From Klebsormidium nitens (Eukaryota; Plantae; Klebsormidiophyceae), in assembly GCA_000708835.1 (NCBI GenBank), contig DF237724.1, forward strand, positions 1 to 32,490: 32,490 nucleotides of DNA, read 5' to 3'. A program made the translations under genes and the position numbers. Under the pieces are notes generated by a model. That model searched no databases, was not told where the DNA came from, and saw nothing but the letters and a program-made list of their open reading frames with translations. This document shows positions 1 through 8,999 of this stretch, one piece after another (positions within the stretch are counted from its first letter, which is position 1; each line of letters opens with the position of its first letter).

Positions 1-3000
1 TCGTTACATGATTCCGTTCATCATGCTTGGCCTTCGATGTGCAGTTTATGTGCAGACCGACAGGAAGGCACTGAATCGGACGGTTACACTGAGGAAGAGA
101 AGCTTCGCTTAGCGCAGGCTTGGTTGACGAAGGGGCGCAGCTTGATGCCTGGTGTCCACGGGGACGACGACGACGGGAAGACGGTGATATTCATCAGCAC
201 ACCACCATGAGGTGAGCAGTATGCTGGCCTCACCAGCTTCTGCGTGTCTTTTGGCAGCAACTTCTTGTGCGAAAACCTGAGTCACCCTGGATATAAATTG
301 CAACGAAGTGATCTCTGATCAGAAAGCCCGGTTAAACCAATCCGGTTAGCCCGAGTCCACCATTTGCCCAAGCAGGATAAGTAGGATGAAGCAATTTCTG
401 ATTGAAGCACCCAACATTCTTCGAAACGGCTAACGTCCTCACTTCCCTGCAAAGGCAAGGCATGATCGAAGAAGGCACACTTAGTAACGCGGCATCATGG
501 GGCTTGTTGCCTTTAGAGACTTCCTTAACAACTCCGTCAAATTGATGGCCTTCCAAATCTCTTGCAGAGGAATGTTCTTGACCTCTCACCAGTTCTGCCT
601 GCGCGGAGATGATGCTCGGAGTATCGACTTGCCTGATCTGTACTCAAAAACGTACCAGCACGTCGGGCCGGACGTCCCTTTGTACGTGGGAGGCGTCAAC
701 TACTCGGGGAAGACCAACAAAGTGAGGGCTTATACACGTGCTCGAGGGTGGGAAACTGTCATGCTCGTCGATAAATTTTCCTGAACCATCAATTCGTCTA
801 TGTTTCCTAGGGTGAGTTGGCTATAGAGGGCGCCGTCAGATGCGAAAATGGCTTCGTGAAAAGATCCTTCGGACAGACCCTTTCGCCCACCTTTCGCCCA
901 ACTTTTCCCATTGCAGAATGGGCGTCTGGAGTACTTCGGCGGCATCCGCCACATGCAGGTCGAACAATGTGCGGTCGGGGCGGTCGCCATGCAGCTTTTT
1001 CAGACATTCCACCTATTGGGTGCTGGTGTCCCTGACTTCAGCAGCAGAGAAAGCTGGTGGGTACTCGTTCGATGAGGAATTCACTCATTCTGCTTCGTGA
1101 ACTACGCTAACCGTCAATCAAGAGCAGGTTTTTGTATTTGAATGATAGCGGCTTTTAGAGCCGGGTACAAAGTGACAGAATCAAATCCTGTCTTTCGAAA
1201 GTGAATATCAACAGCGAAGATCGGTAAGGCCCAAGGTTATAAGTCTAGGCCGTAAAAATTTGCAACTTTCTAACAAAGCATTGATTAACCTCTGGACTAG
1301 GTACCGCTCTTTCTGGCTAGCTTCCCATTGCACGGGCTTCATTACTAGATTTCTTACTCGGTTCTCAGGTGTTTCGCAGGTACAACTTGCTTCCTCTCTT
1401 CTACGAAAACGATGACGTCAGCAGTAACGTGACGTATAATACGCAGCTCAAGCACTTCAAGCAGGCATACCGCGAGCAGGAGATTGTATCTGGACAGCAA
1501 GCTTACGCATGCGCCGCGCGGCGCATTAGTGCGGCATGCTGAGAATAACGGGTGAGTAAGTTCACAGCGATCAGGACCCTTTCGAAAATAGAATCTCCTC
1601 GTCAGGATGCCAATCTCAAGCTGCCGCAACCCGTTCTCAGACCGCCTTTGCGTGCTGATCTGGATGCACGGTGTGGGCCACCAACACGGGCAGAGTGAGA
1701 GTTTCAATCTTGGGTGCAAGTAAAGCTCGTCAATCCCTGAGTTTCGAGGGCGTGTGTCTCGTCACCCGAAGCCGCTCCTTCAAAGCCCGACTGGCAGTAC
1801 AGGTCTTGCAAGAGTGTTTGGGGTCTCGCCAAATTGATCTCGGGAAGGCGCTGATACAAGGGCTCTCCACAAAAGCTTACTGATCGTCTCGGTCTCTTGT
1901 GTTCAGCGCCAAAGAAGCTGAGAGTGCTCGGCTCGGCCGTTGGATCTACGACCACTTCCGGACTTCGTACCTGCCAGTGCATCAACTTCCAGTTGGGATC
2001 ATGCTCGTTCAGGCGGGGTTCAAGGACGATCGCAAGGGGTACTTCCTGCCACGTGGTCGGGTGCTCCCCTCACAGGATGAGTACCCAGGGCTTGCGAACC
2101 AGATCTTTCCATGGGCCGACGAGGAGCTGCGGAAGGTGAAGCAGGTATGCTCATCATTACTGCTGGAAAGGTTGTCTAGGGGCTTTCCAGCATCTTCGGC
2201 TCTAAGAGAACTAAATGATCTGGCTGCAAGCACGCTGCTTGCGCTGCTTCTCGTCGTTGCTTCCATCAAAACCTTTTGACGACTATGCTGCACATTTTGA
2301 TCTTCCTTTGTGCAGAGGAATCTGACGGGACCAGCCGGCCAGCACGACATCGCCGCGCAGAAGTTCCTGGAGCTGCTCATTGCGCTGCGGGCGGTGCTGC
2401 TGCAAGACGTGGCACTCCTTCAACGGATGGGCAAGTACGAGAACCATCCCATAATCTACCACCACTTCTTCGAGGGAGAGAAGTGGGACAAGTTTTGCGG
2501 CGCTGTGGAAGAGGTGTGCAACACGCCTGCTCCTCCTCCGGAGCTCGCGAACATTCCCCCTGAGGTAAGTAAGGACACGGCCCGAGATCCTAAGTATTGA
2601 GGACGTCACGTGCTGGAGGACTTCGTTAATGTTGTCGAACAGGGCACGAGACTGCTTTAGCAGGGTTGATTTACATTCTCAAGCGACTGGATTTGTGCAG
2701 CCCGCCGCTGTCTGTCGGGAAGGAAGCCAAGTTTCGATCTAAAAAACATTTGCTGCGACAAGGGCCGAGGGACAGCAGGATCCACAATCAGTTCATGCGG
2801 ACAGGCTTAGATGAACGGCAGAACATTCTGTCAAGCTTTCGTCCTGATGAACACGAACACTGGTCCATGGATCCGTAGGTTCGACTTTCAAGGTCAACAT
2901 GCCCTTAGCTTGTGATGAGGGCAGATGCTTCTCGGAAAAGTAGTTCAAAAGATAACAAGGGAAACAGCTCAAGCTGTATTGGGCAGGTCTCTTCCCGCAT

Positions 3001-3349
3001 TTGAAGACACTGATTTTCCGTCGGGAGTGGTGTCTATTAAATGGCAAGAGCCAGCTTTTCAACCCAAGGGTTTCCTTCCGCCTTTGAAACCGGCTCGTGG
3101 GTGCAGGTGGTTGCCGTTTTGCAAGACCAACAGGTCCAGCTCGCGCGCATCGAGCGAGAGAGCCAAGCCTCGAGGGAGCGCGAGCAAGCCCTGCAGAGCC
3201 AGATGTCCGCCGTGCTGCACGTGCTCGAGCGGCTTGTGTCAGCGTTTCCGGGGGAAGACAGCCAGGCGCCGACACGTGCCCCGTCGGCCAAGGCCGCTGC
3301 CCAGTCGCCAGCAGCCCCGGAGCCTCGGCGGACCGCCACAGGGTTTTTT

Positions 3350-4060
3350 GCCCGCCCTCCGTCGGCGCCTGTCGCGGCCGCTGCGGAAGTTGCTCTTCGA
3401 GCTGCTGCTCAGGCCGCACGAGCGGCAGCAACACAAGCCGACATTGAACAGGCCACTGTTTCGGATCCGAATGAGAGCGGTCAGGCGAGCAACGAGGGGC
3501 GCGAAGCGGCGGGTGAGAGGCCGGGCTCTGCGAACACCAAAAACTTTTATTCTCTTGGTCCAGGTCGGGCACTGTCTAGGGCCTAGATTGCGTTAAACGG
3601 TGTCAATTGCTGGCAATCTCGAGAGTCGCTCTGGAGCACCTCTTGTAGGTGTCAATGTGCGGACTGCCTTATTGCAAGAGAATTCCAAAGATGTCTCGAT
3701 GAATCACAGCTTGTGCTCAACCCCTTTCATTATCTATTTGAAAGTCGCTCGTGACCTTTACACCTTTACTGCGAAGCAAAGGGATTACTTCGCATTCAGG
3801 TACAAGAACGGGCCGACAGTCGAGCGCCTCAGCGCTTCTGACGGAGCTAAGTTAGATTTCACCATGAATCCCTTGTCTCCAGGTGTCGACTCGGTTGCCC
3901 GTCCTTCATCCGCTCCTGTTGCGGCCGCGGCTGAGGCGGCCCTCAGAGCCGCTGCCGAAGCAGCTAAGGCTGCTGCCGTGCAAGCGGCAGCTGACGCGGC
4001 CGCCACCCAAGATCCGGACGCGCTAAGCGGCCAGGACGAGAACGACGCACGTGCCCCTCG
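3350..4060 (+). repeat. Internal duplication of an approximately 55-aa Ala-rich coding segment in the Crypton linker (3350-3512 and 3897-4060)
   Basis: ARPPSAPVAAAAEVALRAAAQAARAAATQADIEQATVSDPNESGQ versus ARPSSAPVAAAAEAALRAAAEAAKAAAVQAAADAAATQDPDALSGQ. Many of the DNA differences fall at third codon positions. Confidence 0.85.
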
Positions 4061-4954
4061 GACAACCGCCCAGGAGACCGTTCAGCGTGAGACAGGTAAT
4101 TGGGATCTGAAGCACGCACGTAGTGATATTGATCGCCGTGGGTTTGCAACGAGACTGACTTGGTGTCACGTGTAAAAACTTCAAACTTTGCAGATGTTGC
4201 TGAGCGTTGCATTTGTTGATTGAGACTCATCTTTCGCTCAATCACTGTCGTTAAGTGATCGAGAAGCCTTTGCATCGTCATCGGAGTTCTCAGTTCGCAT
4301 ACGACAAAGGATCCGCCCAACACAGTCCACCAGCTAGGATAAGTCGGCATCTAAACAGGTCTACAGTAGAAGCACATTTTCTTCAATCATTGAGGTTCGA
4401 AGGTCTTGATACCTCATTGACTTTCCTTGTGGAACATTCTTCCAGTTTTCAGTAAGCCTTATACTCTTGTCAAGCAATGACGGGGTCCTTCAAGACGTCT
4501 TTAATTTATACCAGAGGAGGAATGCTTTAAGTGCACCTGACGTTGTTCTCTGCACTGATCAGGTTTGCGTGAAGGGCTCGAGCCGGCGAACGGCAGTCAG
4601 AACGTGACGAGCTTTCTGGAAGGTGAAATGGAAACGGAAGAAGCGACCGGGGAGGGCTGCCGGCAGCCTCAGTCGGAGGAGGAAGGGGCGAAAGAGAGTG
4701 AAAACCGTTCGGAGGGCGAAAAAAAAGGAGAAGTGGAAAGTGAGGCAGGCGGGGAGAGCGGGACGACTTCGCAACCTTGTTCGGAAGGAAACAACGGAAA
4801 AGACGATGGGGAGGAAGCGGGTACTTTTAGAAGCTGTCCGACAGCAAGTCAAGGCGATGTCGGGGTTAGCCCAAGTGGCTCGGGGAGTGGCGGTTTAGGG
4901 GCAGCGGATGAGGGGACAATAGAAGATGCTTCGGTGGTCCCCGAGTGGGCTTTG

Positions 4955-5260
4955 AATTATATGATTGGGGGACACTACACCTCGGTTGCAGAGATTTGGC
5001 AAGAATGGGCATACGGACAAAAAGGGTATCCCTTGTCTTTGAGACGTATGGAGGAGCTGTGGGGTACTCGCTGGAGAAGAGGGCGAGAAAACGAAAGCAA
5101 ACGTCTCTCAAAATTCCGGAAGATTACAAGTTTGGTCGAAATCGTGTTGAGGCAGGGCAATGTAGGCGAGGCGGCAGCAGTACAGGCCGTTGAGAATAGC
5201 ATGATTGCATGTGGCATAGATCCGGCGCAGCCATGGAAATATTGTGAGTTGCTTCGAGAG
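4955..5260 (+). other. GCR1_C-like DNA-binding domain, followed by a basic NLS-like tail
   Basis: YMIGGHYTSVAEIWQEWAYGQKGYPLSLRRMEELWGTRWRRGRENESKRLSKFRKITSLVE matches the recognisable GCR1_C pattern (T/S-V-x-x-x-W-x-E-W...L-E...G-x-x-W-R). The C-terminus reads RQKGKRKKTGQSESNRKRKKS. Confidence 0.8.
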
Positions 5261-5399
5261 TCAAAAGCTGGCAATTCTGATGAACAAGACGAACCGGCCA
5301 GGCAAAAAGGAAAGCGGAAAAAAACAGGTCAGTCGGAGTCAAATAGGAAACGCAAGAAGTCCATCGCTTATTGACGAGTTCACATAGCTAGGTTTGCAG

Positions 5400-6110
5400 T
5401 AACTTCGAGTACGAGTTGGGGAACGAGAAGTAGACTGCAATTGCTGGCTGTTCAGGTTGTGAGTACTGGCATATTGCAAGCAGATCAGCGCAGTACTTTG
5501 CCGCAGGTTCGACACAAGCATGAAAGCATATGTTGTATGGCTATTTTGAACCACTCCGGAATGATGCATGTGTTGTCACTATATACGCGTGTCACGGCGT
5601 ACATGTTAGACGTTGGCAAAACTGTTCGATGTGCTGCCTATGTACGTATGCATGCAGTCATTGCGCATGTTAAACGTGAACTTCGAAAACAATTATCTGA
5701 ACGGGCGCTCATGCCAGCAAACGCAGCAGCGTCACACTACGCCTACGTACTGATCGGAGGTACTATTTATCCGTGTCACATTAGAATCTGATTGGCTAGA
5801 CGTACGGGACTTGCGATCCGCGTGATTTGCACTGGCATGACTGAGAGAGACTAGCTGAGCAGTGCATGCTAAATATGTAAGCCCTAAGTCACAAGGCCGC
5901 CGCGCCGGCTGCATATGACGTGCATATACCATTGCAATCATACGAACTTTTAGTGATCGCACAATTGAATGCGTCCGTCTGTTGCAACAATTGAGCTAGT
6001 CGAGATCGTCCTTTGAGCTGACAAAATTCTGTAGGCTACTAAAGATTCACAGTGGTAGACAAGCTTACTACTGTGCGCGGCGGCGTGATACGTTGGTGGC
6101 CGCGCGATTG
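5400..6110. other. Palindrome-dense / purine-pyrimidine-alternating intergenic tract 1
   Basis: CAATTG 5438, AGTACT 5462 and 5492, CATATG 5527, TCCGGA 5555, TATATA/ACGCGT 5580-5590, TACGTA/TGCATGCA 5643-5656, TGCGCA 5662, TTCGAA 5682. No credible ORF. Boundaries are approximate. Confidence 0.6.
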
Positions 6111-7392
6111 CCAGTTGGCTTGAATACCAAAACACGGTTCATGCACCTTAGACCTGACCAAAGGCGTGCTCAGAACCTTGTATTCCGAAGATCTTGGCTA
6201 ATAGTTCTGCCCGAAAGTTCTGTCCCAAGATTTACCACCATCTTCGCAGGGACAACAGCCTTCGAATCTCATGCTTGCGCGGCTCAGTGGGCCCCCTCCG
6301 GTGTTGGCCGGGTTCTATATGCCCCCCCTCAGGCTGGCCGAGACACCTGCAGGCTGTCCAGAAATGTGTTAATGGAGACAGTGGGAGAAGCGAAGTAACT
6401 TCGAAGTCCCCACTTGAACCGCCATTGATATGGCATTATGTGTTCTTTTCGGGCCCGACCATCCTCCACTACTACTCCACAAGTTGTTTCGACCTGACCA
6501 CGGTTGCAAGACAGAACTTCAACTTTCTAGAGTGGAATGGAGCGACCTGCACGACTTCCGCGAACTTCAAGGAGCAGATTGTAGGGCGGTCACGTCCCAT
6601 CAACAGTGGAACCGCTGTCCGTTTCGATGCGTGCTTTCTATCTACGAGTCAATTGTTTTAAGTTTCTTCGAAAGTTCCACGGTCCGTTTCTTCGTTCTGA
6701 ATCAAGACAAGCACAGACATCAGGATGTCAAGATTCCAACTAGGATAAGGTTACCGCCTTTCCGCGAGGTCGGCGACGTCAGACTCTTCACAAGAGACTA
6801 GATCCAACGTATGAAAAATGAAAACGTAAGCTGACAGCCTGGCAGTACGTCAAAGGAACTAAGCTGGCAGGATCCTGGCAACAACAGCCCAAGCCTACGC
6901 TTCCAAGCAGATCAGTCTTCCCTCACCGTATGGCGATGAGATGAACTCCGCGGCTGGGTTCTTCAAGGCTCAGTACTCGTGCCCCGTGTCACAAATTGTC
7001 TTCGAACCGGCGGGCTTGGACGAACTCCGTCAGAGGAACTCCCAAGAAATTGCATCCTGCAGGTTATGATATAAACGTTAACAAAGGTTAGACTGATCTG
7101 CACAATAAAGCAGATTGAACCTGCTCTTGTTCGAAAGACTTAGTATGCAGTCGGCTCAAAAGATGAGCTCAAGAGATGATTGAGTGGCAGTTGATGAAAG
7201 GCCCAGATCATTGCGGTTATTATTTGGAGGACTGCTCAAGCTCCTGGCACACGGTACTCTGTATCCGCACCACTTTGAATAAAGAGCTTCGAAGAGAAAC
7301 AGCCATATCCCCTCCATATCCTTGGATGATTCTCGAAGCTGGACAAGCTGAATCTAGCCCTGAAAGCTCTACTAGTACAGAACGTCTTCTGA

Positions 7393-7437
7393 AAGACCAC
7401 AAAAGAAAAGACCACAAAAGACAAGACCACAAAAGAC
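7393..7437. repeat. 15-bp tandem repeat x3 (AAGACCACAAAAGAM)
   Basis: Directly visible: units at 7393, 7408 and 7423. Confidence 0.95.
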
Positions 7438-8053
7438 AATCGACTCAACGTCTATTGGACATATGTAGTTCTGCCGAAACTGTTGCTGCAAACTTCACAA
7501 CGACCTCTACTCTTGCAAGGAAGGCATCTCTATTCCTGATTTGAAACAAGAGATGCATATACTGCTGACTTAGCCTGAGGCCTATAAACAATCTGCATTT
7601 GCAGAAGGACGCAGAAAGGGCAATCATAGAGCTTGTTGATAAGCTTGTTTTCGAGACTTGCCTTCCTTGCATTCTTTTGTGACCAGACCCAGCAAAAAGT
7701 TCTGATAGAGGACAGCATTGGTCCATGAGTTTACACCAATGCTGTGCTCCATCCTTGGTAGACCACATGCTATGACTAAGTAAGGCCCAGCTGTACAACG
7801 ATTGTTCAAATCAAGCTGCGTGCCGACGCTGCATAACTTAACACAAGCTCGTGCTAACCTCTTCCGAGAGCATCTTGACTTGACATCTTAGCTGGATACT
7901 GCCTCGATTTCAGGCCCTGAGAAACTCATATCAAAGAGCCAAAGAGCTCAGCTTCCTAAACTTCCTTGCTTCTGATGAATTCAAAAGACTGCCTTGAGCG
8001 TATCCATGCCTTCAAAGCAGAAAGCTCCTTACCTGAGCAATGCCACATCACCA

Positions 8054-8113
8054 GTGCAGCTGTGTCCAGTGCTGAGCGGGGCTGTAATCAGCTGTGCAGC
8101 TGTGTCCAGTGCT
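8054..8113. repeat. 20-bp direct repeat GTGCAGCTGTGTCCAGTGCT x2, period 40
   Basis: Copies at 8054-8073 and 8094-8113. Confidence 0.9.
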
Positions 8114-8999
8114 CAAGGCAGCTCAAGGTTCTGCCAAAAAGGCGCCATGGAAGATCAGTGAAGCTATGCAATGGCAAACTTGTGCTTAACTTGTAAGGCT
8201 CATCTAGGGGGCAGTATTATAGGTCAGATAGGTTACAGGCTGCAGCCCACCAAGGCTGGACTGGCTGGACTCGGGATGCAGTAGAACCCTAAAAGCATGA
8301 TGCGGTAAAGGATGTTATGTATAGCTAATTAGCCTCGGTTGGGTTAAGTCGAAAACCATTCTCAAGCTTCTGCCCCACAGAACCGAAGGCTCGGGGCATC
8401 CGACCTGGATGGAAATTCTTCAATATTTCAGGAGTTGGACCGACAAGGAACTTCGCGTCGAAAAAACAGGGCCAGGCACAAGGTCCTCTCGCGGCACTGA
8501 AAAGCGACGGTAAATTGAGGTGACCGGTCCTACCGTGCGACGGAGCCTGGCATTCGCCGCGAAACCGTGCGATACCGGCGGTCCGCCAGCTGAAATGTCA
8601 TAAACTACAGCAATGGGGCAATGGGGTGGACAATGTCAATGGAGCCAGGTCGGGATATCCACGCGAGAGAACCTAAAATTGCAGAACAGGCAGCCTCTTA
8701 TCAAAGTGGCCGTTTCTTACATCTTGTGGTGATCAATATGAATTCTTTTGATACTGAGATGCCTCACATTGCGTCACATTTCAGAGTGCCATTGTGATGC
8801 ATCTGATGTTCCTGTTGGTTCCCACAACATCTGTCTACTTACATTAGTGCGCCTGATCATGCCACAAGGCTTTTGGAAAGTTGATGTCACGATTCTAATC
8901 CAGTCTTAGGGAATTAGGCTCAAGCGGGGGCTCAAGTACCATTTGGGATAATCACCGTCTTTCCAAAAGCCCATCAAGCCGAAGGCGCCTGGTGGAAAA

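Larger units (their letters stand above)
45..5374 (+). mobile_element. CryptonF-like tyrosine-recombinase element/gene (Ndc10-II-like YR domain + GCR1_C), 5' end outside window
   Basis: Hand-spliced exons 45-211, 568-721, 917-1056, 1380-1551, 1907-2144, 2316-2564, 3107-3512, 3883-4095 and 4563-5374, all GT-AG and phase-compatible. The translation gives Crypton/Ndc10-type motifs: ADRQEGTESDGYT, MFLTSHQFCLRGDDARSIDLPDL (catalytic R 602-604), GKTNK|NGRLEYFGGIRH, PDFSSRESWY, KLTHAPR (HxxR 1508-1519), LGRW..RTSYL (W 1941, Y 1968), AGF..YFLPR..IFPW, DIAAQKFLELLIALRAVLLQD, and GCR1_C-like TSVAEIWQEW..SLRRMEELWGTRWR. Family assignment is from motif recognition, not a database search. Confidence 0.85.
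45..5374 (+). pseudogene. Crypton recombinase reading frame interrupted by two apparent single-base frameshifts (about 175 and about 1498)
   Basis: Exon 45-211: the frame encoding DGYT stops at TGA 208-210, while the phase-2 donor (ATG AG|GTGAGC) needs the -1 frame. Exon 1380-1551: the frame of WYNLLPL ends at TGA 1540-1542, while the conserved KLTHAPR..AENNG is in the +1 frame from 1499. Sequencing error cannot be excluded. Confidence 0.6.

Noticed and set aside
2793-3596. ORFs 2793-3572 (-) and 2925-3596 (+)
   Set aside because: Antisense and off-frame shadows of the GC-rich Crypton exon 3107-3512; no motifs.
5375-6200. Terminal direct repeat marking the Crypton right end
   Set aside because: The left end is outside the window, so no repeat pair can be verified.
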